Assembly (NCBI RefSeq): GCF_030028105.1
Contig: NC_092374.1
Location: 178,584,057 to 178,648,056, forward strand
DNA length: 64,000 bases
Source of the DNA: Mobula birostris
Taxonomy: Eukaryota
Reading direction: 5' to 3'
Shown one piece after another: positions 48,901 to 60,680 of the stretch; within the stretch, counting starts at the first letter, position 1, and each line of letters opens with the position of its first letter. The position numbers and the translations under genes were made by a program. The notes below the pieces were generated by a model that was not told the DNA's origin, searched no databases, and saw only the letters and a program-made list of their open reading frames with translations.

Positions 48901-51900
48901 TTCATTTTTTTTACATGACCATAATGTGAAGTGTCCTTCGTATATTGTCTTGTGTTTGGTATTGTTGTATGAAAACCTGTCTGATCATTTTGTATCAGTG
49001 TGAGTAGAAACTCTTCTAATCGTTTGGCCGTGATGGAGGTAAATATTCTATAATCCACATTAAGAACAGATATTGGTCTAAATGACCCACATTCCATTTT
49101 ATCCTTGCCTTCTTTCCATATAGCTGAGCTTATCGCCTCCTTCCAGCTGGGTGGCATTTGTGCTTTTCTCAGGGCCCAGATCAGTGTGGGGAGTAAAGCA
49201 GGGATTAACTCACTTCTAAACTCTTCATACCACTCTGCTGTATATCCATCTGATCCTGGTGACTTGCTTAATTTAAGCCTACTAAATGCAGTTTTTAGTT
49301 CAGCTTTAGTTATGTCAGCAGTCATCGTTCTATTTTGTTCTTTGCTTAAAGTGGGTAACTCTAAAGAATTCAGGAAGGTGTCAATTTGGGTTAAGTTTCC
49401 CCCTTGTAACCTTGGAATATAGAGTTTTGTAAAACATTTCAAAAGCTTCATGAATTTCACTTAGCTTATTCTTTTTATCACTTTTGTTCTTGGATCCCTA
49501 ATTCCATGAATTGTATTTTCTGCTCCTTTTTTTTTCAGTTTCCACGCCAGTATTTTCATAGATCTGGATCCACTTTCGTAGTGTCTCTGTTTCAGAAACA
49601 TTAAATTTTTTTCTAATTTCTTGTGTAGCCAAACTATTAATTTCATTCCTAATTTTTAATTGCCTCTAGTATATCCTGTGCCAAACTCAGTTTGTGTTTT
49701 TTTCTAGTTCCTTCAGCTTATTTTGTAATTCCTCTAATGTTCTATTCCTTTTTTTTTCTTATATGAAGATATCACTATAATTTTCCCTCTTAAGACAGCC
49801 TTCAGAGTATCCCATAGAATGGGAGGTGAAACCTCTCCATTATCATTGAATTCTAAGTAAAGACCAATTTCTTTTTTAATTTGTTCCTTAAAATAGGGAT
49901 CACTGAGTAGACATGAATTTAGTTTCCAAATAGTATTCTTTGGTTGTAGGTCAAAATCAACAGATAAATATATAGGTGCATGGTCACTTACATCTATTGT
50001 CCCAATTCCACAGGTGATTATTTTGTCTCTGTCTTTTCCAGATATTATGAAATAGTCTATTCTTGTATATATGGAATGGGGGGCAGAATAATGAATGTAA
50101 TCCCTTCTGTCAGCAAAAATGTCCTTCCATATATCAATTAGTCCAACATCCTCATAAAGAGTGTTAACTTTCTTATGTAAGGACTTTGTTTCATAAGTTT
50201 TCCTATTGGAAGAGTCTAGCTTTGGTTGTAATTGTAAATTTAAGTCTCCCCCACATATCAAGAGACCTTCTGTTTCCGTTACCATAATATTAGTAATTTT
50301 CTGGAGGAAACTAGTATCACTTCCTGGGGGTGCATATATATTCAATAAAGTAACTGGATTTCCACCTATATTCCCCTTACCAGAATATATCTGCCCTCCT
50401 TATCTCCCAATTTGAATACTTCTTCAAAATTTAGCTTACTTGAGATGAGAATAGCAACTCCTATTCTATGTCCTGATTTATATGAGGAAAAAAACAAATT
50501 AGTGAAGCCCATTCTCTTTAATTTTCCATGCTCATTATCACTTAAGTGAATTTCCTGTAAATATACTACATGGGCTTGTTCTTTTTTCATTTTTGATAGA
50601 ATTTTACTGCACTTGACTGGATTCAACAGCCCATTGACATTAAAAGAAATGAATTTTACTTTGTCCTTAGCCATGTGTATTTATCTGTTAGTATATAATT
50701 GAAATTTGCAGAATATAACTCAATCGATCTACTCCCTGAACAAATAAGAGCCAAGAAACGCGAATAATAAAAAAAAAGGTAACGAAGCTGTGCTTCCAAG
50801 GCTGGGGTCTCTAGATGACTCTGGGTTGGGCTAGAAGAAAAGTCTAGCCGTGGGGTATAGTCCCTCCTACCTGTGGGTTGAGGGCCCCCGCTGCAGTACA
50901 TATAAAAGTAAGTTTAAAAAAACTACGTCTATTCCACAGAAATGATTTGCCTGTGTATTCCTCCCGTGTATATATTCTCATTTAGGTGGGGAAAAAGGAA
51001 TGAATAACTGATTTTTTTTTAAATTGAGTAATATAAAAACCACATCATAACACGTATTTCTCGAGATAGGTATATCACCGTCTATTTTTGCTTCTGTTTA
51101 GTTTATCAGCACTTTTAATGTTAGCCAAACCTTATGGCTGTTCTGGAGGTGGTGAGGGTTGTCTTCGGAGAACTCAGTCTCTTCCTAATATTCTTCTCTC
51201 GTCCTGTTCCTGTCCCCTGCTTTCTCGGTTCTCTTACTATTTCCCAAGCAGTTCGGGACAACTGCTCAGCCAGACTTTCCCCTGGTTTGACCACGCTCAT
51301 CGACAGTCCTCGGTTGTTCACATCTGTAGACGCCTGGTACAGTCATATTCCTTCTTGGTAAAATACTCTCAGTTTAGCAGGGTACGGGGTTTGAAACTTA
51401 ATCTTTTTGTCCTTCAATATTCGTTTCCCTTCGGAATACTCCTTCCGTTTCTGTAGGACCGCCAGGGGGTAATCATGATCGAAGTATGTTAACTTCCCGT
51501 TCCAAAAAACCCTCTTCTTACCCCAGGCCCTTCGTAGAATCTCCGCCTTGCTCTCGATTCGGAGAAATTTAAGTACAATGGATCGCGGTTTACTTTGTCT
51601 GTCTCTGGCAGGCCGCTGGGCGAGAGAACGATGTGCCCTTTTTATTTCCATCTCCATATTCGGGGGAATCTCCAGCGCTTCCCGCAGCAGCGTATCTGCA
51701 AAGTCTATCATCGACAATCCCTCCGCTCCTTCGGGAACATTATAAATCCTGATATTTTTCCGTCGCGATCTTCTCTCCTGGTCAAGCAATTTACTTTCCT
51801 GTTGATTTAGTATTTTTATCGTCTTACTTCGTATCTGTTCCACGTTTTGCACGCGATCTTCCACCTTCTCAATTCGAGTCTCAGTCATCGCTATTTTCTG

Positions 51901-52223
51901 ATTGACGTTGGCGAGCTCTGACTTTATATCATTGAGTTGCTGCTTTATATCATTTTGGACTCCACTTATCTCTTCCAGAATCTTCATCATATTTGCCGCT
52001 TCGCCTGCACGAGGCCCGGCTGTACCTCTCTCTTCCATAGGCTCCGCAGTGGGGCTTTCTTTTTAATCTCCATTCTTTCTCCCCATTCTTGCCCCCCCCC
52101 CGCTTATCAATTCAGATGTGTTCGAAAGATCTTAGATTTGATGCATTAACGGGGCAAAATATCCGTTTTTCCGGAGCAGCTGTTGATCTGAACTGCCATT
52201 CTGAACGATGACGTCACCGGAGC
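45955..52223 (-). mobile_element. Full-length L1-clade LINE (ORF1 51343-52038; disrupted ORF2 50674 to ~46176), 17-bp TSD, poly(A) tail
   Basis: TSD CCTCCTCATTCTATTCC at 45938-45954 and 52224-52240; T-run at 45955. ORF1 has a coiled coil plus RSRRKNIRIYNVPEGAEG/RAHRS/PRSIVLKF; ORF2 has APE (SFNVNGL, LQEIHL, GGDLN, RIDY), RT and the C-terminal CxxC..HIFWEC motif. Confidence 0.95.
47864..48570 (+). mobile_element. Solo LTR (Gypsy-like, 707 bp) inserted in the L1 RT; 4-bp TSD
   Basis: CACG at 47860-47863 and 48571-48574; starts TGTAAG, ends CCTACG (CA to CG). Removing it restores L1 HKLACYVDDILIYL. Confidence 0.85.
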
Positions 52224-52729
52224 CCTCCTCATTCTATTCCCATCCTCACTGTCACGTGGAACAGGCAGCAATCCTGAGATTTTAATACTCCTGAGGTCCT
52301 GCTCCTCAGCTTCTTTCCTAACTCCTGTATTCTTTTCTCAGGACTTCGTCCCTTTTCCTTCCTAAATCATTGACACCAATATGTACCACGGCTTCTCTTT
52401 GTTCACCCTCTCTTTTCAGGATATTGTGGACGCGTCCAGAAACATCTCAGACCCTGGCAGCTGGGAGCCATCTGTGTGTATCGGCCTTTGCCCCAACTGA
52501 CTCCCATTGCCTAGAGCGAATAACCATCGACCCCGCCATACAGTGCAAATGCTTTGGTGCGGATACGGTGTAAGGCACCCAATGATCAGCCACGACACAA
52601 ATATCAAACAATATATCAAGTGCGAGTAAAGAACTATGCTTTATAGCAAGTTTTGGTGATGGGTTAGTAGCAACAACTGAAAGAAAAGGTGCCACATAAG
52701 TAACTTATCAGTCTAACACCAGTCATGAA

Positions 52730-55457
52730 AGAAAAGGAGGTGGGGTGGCGTTGCTGGTTAAAGAAGAGATTAACGCAATAGAAAGGAAGGACATAAGCCG
52801 GGAAGATGTGGAATCGATATGGGTAGAGCTGCGTAACACTAAGGGGCAGAAAACGCTGGTGGGAGTTGTGTACAGGCCACCTAACAGTAGTAGTGAGGTC
52901 GGAGATGGTATTAAACAGGAAATTAGAAATGTGTGCAATAAAGGAACAGCAGTTATAATGGGTGACTTCAATCTACATGTAGATTGGGTGAACCAAATTG
53001 GTAAAGGTGCTGAGGAAGAGGATTTCTTGGAATGTATGTGGGATGGTTTTTTGAACCAACATGTCGAGGAACCAACTAGAGAGCAGGCTATTCTGGACTG
53101 GGTTTTGAGCAATGAGGAAGGGTTAATTAGCAATCTTGTCGTGAGAGGCCCCTTGGGTAAGAGTGACCATAATGTGGTGGAATTCTTCATTAAGATGGAG
53201 AGTGACATAGTTAATTCAGAAACAAAGGTTCTGAACTTAAAGAGGGGTAACTTTGAAGGTATGAGACGTGAATTAGCTAAGATAGACTGGCAAATGACAC
53301 TTAAAGGATTGACGGTGGATATGCAATGGCAAGCATTTAAAGGTTGCATGGATGAACTGCAACAAATGTTCATCCCAGTTTGGCAAAAGAATAAATCAAG
53401 GAAGGTAGTGCACCCGTGGCTGACAAGAGAAATTAGGGATAGTATCAATTCCAAAGAAGAAGCATACAAATTAGCCAGAGAAAGTGGCTCACCTGAGGAC
53501 TGGGAGAAATTCAGAGTTCAGCAGAGGAGGACAAAGGGCTTAATTAGGAAGGGGAAAAAAGATTATGAGAGAAAACTGGCAGGGAACATAAAAATGGACT
53601 GTAAAAGCTTTTATAGATATGTAAAAAGGAAAAGACTGGTAAAGACAAATGTAGGTCCCCTACAGACAGAAACAGGTGAATTGATTATGGGGAGCAAGGA
53701 CATGGCAGACCAATTGAATAATTATTTTGGTTCTGTCTTCACTAAGGAGGACATAAATAATCTTCTGGAAATAGTAGGGGACAGAGGACCCAGTGAGATG
53801 GAGGAACTGAGTGAAATACATGTTAGTAGGGAAGTGGTGTTAGGTAAATTGAAGGGATTGAAGGCAGATAAATCCCCAGGGCCAGATGGTCTGCATCCCA
53901 GAGTGCTTAAGGAAGTAGCCCAAGAAATAGTGGATGCATTAGTGATAATTTTTCAAAACTCGTTAGATTCTGGACTAGTTCCTGAGGATTGGAGGGTGGC
54001 TAATGTAACCCCACTTTTTAAAAAGGAGGGAGAGAGAAACCGGGGAATTATAGACCGGTTAGCCTAATGTCGGTGGTGGGGAAACTGCTGGAGTCAGTTA
54101 TCAAAGATGTGATAACAGCACATTTGGAAAGCAGTGAAATTATCGGACAAAGTCAGCATGGATTTGTGAAAGGAAAATCATGTCTGACGAGTCTCATAGA
54201 ATTTTTTGAGAATGTAACTAGTAGAGTGGATAGGGAAGAGCCAGTGGATGTGGTATATTTGGATTTTCAAAAGGCTTTTGACAAGGTCCCACACAGGAGA
54301 TTAGTGTGCAAACTTAAAGCACATGGTACTGGGGGTAAGGTATTGATGTGGATAGAGAATTGGTTAGCAGACAGGAAGCAAAGAGTGGGAATAAACGGGA
54401 CCTTTTCAGAATGGCAGGCGGTGACTAGTGGGGTACCGCAAGGCTCAGTGCTGGGACTCCAGTTGTTTACAATATATATTAATGACTTGGATGAGGGAAT
54501 TAAATGCAGCATCTCCAAGTTTGCGGATGATACGAAGCTGGGTGGCAGTGTTAGCTGTGAGGAGGATGCTAAGAGGATGCAGAGTGACTTGGATAGGTTG
54601 GGTGAGTGGGCAAATTCATGGCAGATGCAATTTAATGTGGATAAATGTGAAGTTATCCACTTTGGTGGCAAAAATAGGAAAACAGATTATTATCTGAATG
54701 GTGGCTGATTAGGAAAAGGGGAGGTGCAACGAGACCTGGGTGTCATTATACACCAGTCATTGAAAGTGGGCATGCAGGTACAGCAGGCGGTGAAAAAGGC
54801 GAATGGTATGCTGGCATTTATAGCGAGAGGATTTGAGTACAGGAGCAGGGAGGTACTACTGCAGTTGTACAAGGCCTTGGTGAGACCACACCTGGAGTAT
54901 TGTGTGCAGTTTTGGTCCCCTAATCTGAGGAAAGACATCCTTGCTATAGAGGAAGTAGAAAGAAGGTTCACCAGATTGATTCCTGGGATGGCAGGACTTT
55001 ATTATGAAGAAAGACTGGATGAACTGGGCTTGTACTCGTTGGAATTTAGAAGATTGAGGGGGGATCTGATTGAAACGTATAAAATCCTAAGGGGATTGGA
55101 CAGGCTAGATGCAGGAAGATTGTTCCCGATGTTGGGGGAGTCCAGAACGAGGGGTCACAGTTTGAGGATAAAGGGGAAGCCTTTTAGGACCGAGATTAGG
55201 AAAAACTTCTTCACACAGAGAGTGGTGAATCTGTGGAATTCTCTGCCACAGGAAACCGTTGAGGCCAGTTCATTGGCTATATTTAAGAGGGAGTTAGATA
55301 TGGCCCTTGTGGCTACGGGGATCAGGGGGTATGGAGGGAAGGCTGGGGCAGGGTTCTGAGTTGGATGATCAGCCATGATCATAATAAATGGTGGTGCAGG
55401 CTCGAAGGGCCGAATGGCCTACTCCTGCACCTATTTTCTATGTTTCTATGCTTCTAT
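52730..55457 (+). mobile_element. CR1 ORF2 (APE C-terminus and RT) with 3' tail
   Basis: ORFs 52745-54067, 54067-54708 and 54724-55359; tail ttctatgtttctatg. Confidence 0.95.
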
Positions 55458-58400
55458 GTCTAGTGCATATAATGTTTTAATACGTTGGAGCTCACGCCTC
55501 CGATTCCATCCACAACTTCCTTACGAGACTCCGGCCACCATCCGAACCCCCGAGGTCCGGTATCTGCCGCCCTGGAGCTGCTGTCCGTTCCCCGCATGTC
55601 TGTCCTCTCTGCTCGCCTTCCGAAAAAGCCCGCGCTCCTCAACTCAGCACACACATACAAGATAACATAACATGACTTCCATTGGCTAACAAATGAATAC
55701 CATTTCCATTATCACTAAGTATAACCCAAACATGCGGTTACACAGAACTCCCGGCTCAGCAGTTAGCAGTATGAGAAGCCATTTTAGTATAACACTTCAG
55801 AGAAGCCACTTTGGTAATAAGCAATTAACAGTTAACTGTCCGTCTAGTATTACTGAGAACCCTACCTTCTCCCCCCACCGAATTATTTTATGCCCCATGA
55901 CACTCCGATAATTTGCCATCCCTTCCTGCAGAACGCACAGTCCAATCCACGTGCAGAAAGCAGTGATCTGACTCTCCAAAACGGTAGAGATCACACCTTG
56001 TTCCCTGGGTGCTACATAGGCCAACCTCTCTGGGGGTTTCCGACTTCTCTGAGGCCTACGTACCCCGTCTTCTAACCCTTCCGCTTCGGGCACTACAGCG
56101 GACGCTTTAAAACTACGAGGCGAATCCTCCCCCGCGCAGTCACTCAAGCCCCTCTGCACCTCGGAACCCTCTATCTCTGGTTCAGCGCCCTGCGGTACCA
56201 CAGACTGCCCCTCACTAGCCCTGTCTAACCCAGTGGGGGAAAGGCCAAGAGTCTCTTCCTCCATCACAGGAGAATCAGCGAACGGCAGAATGTACCAACC
56301 ATCCCAGTCATCATCCTCTGAATCGGTCTCCCTCAGAGGGGCTGGGCTCAGGCCTGTCTCTCCCAGGGTAGGCACGTCCTCCACCTTGTGGGGACGCAGA
56401 GTCCTGGTGTTGGGTGCAGACGCCCGGTCAGGCTCTCGCTCTACCTGTAATCTTGCCCCAAGAGCAACAGGTGATTCCGATGGAGAAACCTGACAGGCCC
56501 TTTTCCATCCTTGGGCCGCACCCGGACAACCGGTAGGTTTGGCATCTGACTCTGCACCACATAAGGCGTGGCTGCCCAGCGATCAGACAGTTTGCGTTTT
56601 CCTGGTAATCCCAGATTCCTGATGAGGACTCGGTCTCCCGGCAGGAGTTGCGAGAATTTTACTTTCTGGTCATACCTCCTCTTATTTCCCTGATTCTGCC
56701 GGGCGACCGCCTCCCTGGTCAACTCGTAAGCGCTTTTCCGTTCTTTCCTCATATCAGACACAAACTTCAGGTAAGGCTTCGGCAACACCTCACCCGCATC
56801 AGTCCCGAAACAAAGGTCAATGGGCAACCTTGCCTCGCGCCCAAACATAAGACAATAGGGAGAGTAACCAGTAGCTTCATTACGTATACAGTTGTAACAG
56901 TGAACTACATGCCCAATATGTTGACTCCAACAATTCTTTTTGCTGATCTCCAGAGTCCCGAGCATGTCTAGCAGCCGCCAATTGAATCTTTCCGGCTGGG
57001 GATCGCCCTGCGGATGATAGGGCGTGGTCCTCGATTTCTCAACCCCCAGCATGCCCAGTAACTCATAGATGAGCTTAATCTGAAAATCTCGTCCCGATCA
57101 CTATGTATCTGCCGAGGAAGGCCATAATGCACAAAATACTTCTCCCATAGCACTTTTGCCACTGTGATCGCCCTCTGATCCTTCGTAGGAAAAGCTTGAG
57201 CATACCTGGTGTAGTGGCCCGTGATGACCAAGACATTCTCTGTGTTGCTGGCATCGGGTTCTATGGCCAGGAAATCCATACACACCAGGTCCAAAGGCCC
57301 CGCCCTCTGCAAGTGGGACAAAGGGGCAGCTGCCCGGGCAGCGTCTTCCCGCCGTTTGCAACGAATGCAGGACTTGCAGTACTCTTCAATCTCCGTCCTC
57401 ATCCGGGGCCAGTAAAATCGATCCTTGAGCAATCCATAGGTTTTTTCCACCCCCAACGTCCAGAGTCATCACGGAGGGACTTCAAAACAACCTTCCGATA
57501 CTTCTCCGTCAGGACCAGCTGCCATCACCGAGGTCGATCCGGGGGTGACGTTACCCGGTACGGTATAACATTTGGTTCTTCAACCTCAACGGAAGCCATT
57601 CACTCAGTAACAGAGACCCTGAGTCGTGCTTAGCCTTCTCCGCCTGTGTCACATCCCCCTCTTCCACGGCATGCCAGACAGGGCCAATGTCCGGGTCATC
57701 TCGCTGAGCAGCAGCCACTTCCCCAGGGCTCAACCCCGGCAGCGTGGTCTTCAGAGCAGTCAGGTCACAGTAATCTGGAGGCATGGTGTCATCAGATACC
57801 CCCAATGAGTCCACTGCTCGATCCGGCCTCTCCTTCTCCTCAGCCTGCACGGTGATAGCAAGCTGGCACATTGCCTTCACCCCGGATGCAGCGACACTCT
57901 CCCACTCCTCGTCCCTCCCCGGCTCCTCATGGCCCCGTCGGGACAGCGCATCTGCGGCAACATTCCGGCTCCCCGGCCGGTACTTCAGGCTGAAACCATC
58001 CACAGACAAAGCAGCCAGCCACCGATGGCCTGTGGCATCCTGTTTCGCCAAGGTCAGGATGTAGGTGACTGGGTTGTTGTCTGTCCTCATCTCAAACTTG
58101 GCCGCGTAGAGATAGTCACTCAGTTTATCCACCACAGCCCATTTCAATGCCAGGAACTCCAAATTATGAGTGGGATAGTTTCTCTCCCAGGGTGACAAAC
58201 TCTGGCCGACAAAAGCCACAGACCTCAGGCCAGCTCCCTGATCCTGGTATAAAACGGCCCCTAACCCCTCATGGCTGGTGTCAGTGTGTAGCACATAGGG
58301 CAGTCGTGGGTCCGCAGAAGGCAGTACCGGCGCCTGAGTCAGCATCTCCTTCAGTGACTGGAAAGCCGCTTCACATTGGCCATTCCACCTCCGTCTGAAG

Positions 58401-60680
58401 AGATCTGACTGCTTGAAATATTCTCCAAGCTCCCGCCCTTTCCTCCCTTTCCCCCTCTATCCTGGGTGGGGGGGGCGGGTAGCCACGCAGAAGTTGATTC
58501 AAGACATGACTCACCTTGGCATAGCCCTTCACGAAACTCCAATAGTACCCACAGAACCCCAGGAATGAGCACAGAGCACTCATGGTCTGGGGCCTCAACC
58601 AAGAGATCACCGCTTCGCTCTTAGCTGGGTCTGCAGCTACTCCAATTCTGCGAGACGATGCGTCCAACATAGCCAACAGATGTCTGGTAGAACTGGTACT
58701 TGTCCAGGGAAAGTTTTAACCCTTCCTGCTTCAGCCAGTTGAGCACCTTCATCAGTCTCGCTTCGTGTTCTTCCAAGGTGGATCCAAATACTATGAGGTC
58801 ATCCAAATATACCAGCACTTCGAGTTGGTGCATATCCCCAACTGTCTTCTCCGTAACCCTTCTGGAAAGTGGCAGGGGCCCCAGATATGCCCTGGCGTAT
58901 CCTTTCGAACTGGTAAAATCCCAGAGGGCATATAAAGGCCGTCTTCTCCTTATTGGCCTCACTCATCGGGATCTGGTAATACCCACTCCTCAAGTCCAAC
59001 ACGCTAAACCACTTCGCCCCACTCAGACAGGCCAGCGCGTCTTTGACCCGTGGGAGTAAAGATTGGAGCGACTAGGGTTGTATACACTGGAATTTAGAAG
59101 GATGAGAGGGGATCTGATTGAAACATGTAAGATTTGTATGTTAGAGGCAGGAAACATGTTCCCAATGTTGGGGGAGTCCAGAACCAGAGGCCACAGTTTA
59201 AGAATAAGGGGCAGACAATTTAGAACGGAATAGAGGAAAAACTTTTTCACACAGAGGGTTGTGGTTCTGTGGAATGCTTTGCCTCAGAAGTCAGTGGAGG
59301 CCAATTCTCTGGATTCTTTCAAAAAAGAGTTAGATAGAGCTCTCAAAGATAGCGGAGTGAAGGGATACGGGGAGAAGGCAGGAAAAGGGTACTGATTGTG
59401 GATGATCAGCCATGATCACAGTGAATGGTGGTGCTGGCTCGAAGGGCTGAATGGCCTACTCCTGCACCTATTGTCTATTGACCGTGTACTGATCAGGGAC
59501 CGTGCGCCTGTTCAGTGTTCCATAGTCCACACACATACGAACCTTCCCATTCTTCTTTCGGGCCACTACGATAGGAGACGCATAAGGGCTTCGGGAATCC
59601 GTGATGATCCCAGCCTCCTTCAATTTACACAAATACTGCCGCACGTCTTCCACGTCTGCAGGGGCCAGGCGCCGTGATCGTTCCCTAAACGACTATCCTC
59701 AGTCACCCATATGGTGTGGCGAGTGCTCCTGGATCAACCCACATCAAACTCATCAAGGGAAGTAACATCTGCCATCGTCAACACCTTCTCCACCAGCCTC
59801 CGCTTCCAAGCCTCCGGCACAGGTGATGCCCCAAAGTTCAAAGCTTCAGCAGTCAACTTGCGCCTTTTTCCCGACAGCTCTCCCCCAACTGGCTTCACGG
59901 GGGCGCTGTGCATCACCGTCACCTGGAACAAATGCGCCAGAGGCATTCCTCGCTTGAAGGTGACATCCCGTGCGGTAGTGTTCCTGATGATCACACTAGC
60001 CTGCGTGCCTGTACCACCGAGAGCTTCTGCAACTCGTGTCTCAACAAAACCGCAGCAGGGAATCTCGACTCCCCCTTGAGATCTTCCGGGGTGTCCACTA
60101 AAAGGGTTTCAACCTCAAGCACTCCCAGGAATCGAGGGATCCCCATCACTCTTGCTACTTCACCCAGCTGTACCACCCTGGGCTTCGACTGGGCACACCA
60201 CACAGTGCCTCGTTCACACGCTGCATCCCACCCTGGGCGACCCCACACTTCCTCAAAAGCAGCTCAGAACACTGGGTGCACTGACAGGGTCTCCGAAAAA
60301 TCTTCACCCGCCTTCTCCTTCTAGGCTCCCAGGAGTCTCCGCACAATAGGGGTGTTGGTCCCCACCAGAATTGACAGCCCCCCCCCCAGCGTCTCACTGG
60401 GGTCTGGGCAAACCAGTACCAGGGCCTTATGAGCCTCAGACACCCCAGCTCAGCTTCCAGGAACTCCAATTTCACAGACAAATAGCCATCGTACGGGTAA
60501 TCACCATCGCGGATACCCCAAATTTCAAGTGCACTGAAAGGTGTCAGGGGTAAATGCGCCAGATACTGATTGTAGAATGACGGTACAGTAATGTGACCTG
60601 TGACCCGGTGTCGAGTACGGCTTTTGCACCTATCCCTTCTATCCGGATCGACACGCTGGATTGGGGTCCCACCAAACCTT
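55458..60680 (-). mobile_element. Degenerate Ty3/Gypsy LTR retrotransposon (protease, RT, RNase H, integrase, PPT, partial 3' LTR)
   Basis: Protease AVLDTGSQVTL near 60590-60650; RT MCVDY..LN, LDLRSGYYQIPM, VYLDDLIVF; RNase H LHTDTS..GLGAVL; integrase YHPQG..ERFN, GDRVL. Polypurine tract 55867-55879, LTR from ~55866, truncated by CR1. Confidence 0.92.
59058..59478 (+). mobile_element. Short CR1 3' fragment inserted in the Gypsy RT
   Basis: CR1 3' end (ctggaatttagaaggatgagaggggatct...cctactcctgcacctattgtctatt) splits Gypsy DQYTV|PRVKDAL. Confidence 0.85.

Larger units (their letters stand above)
42290..52520 (-). mobile_element. Old CR1 host element split by later insertions (pieces 42290-43110, 43460-43780, 45757-45954, 52240-52520)
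   Basis: Pieces read colinearly on minus: ORF1 (VHIGVND..; LHLNPRGTNILAG), then APE (GITELWL), then mid-ORF2. Confidence 0.75.

Noticed and set aside
52723-53469. Long antisense ORFs over CR1 copies (e.g. 248 aa here; also 41690-42049, 54267-54671, 61273-61863)
   Set aside because: Expected by-products of CR1 codon bias on the opposite strand; they recur wherever CR1 occurs.
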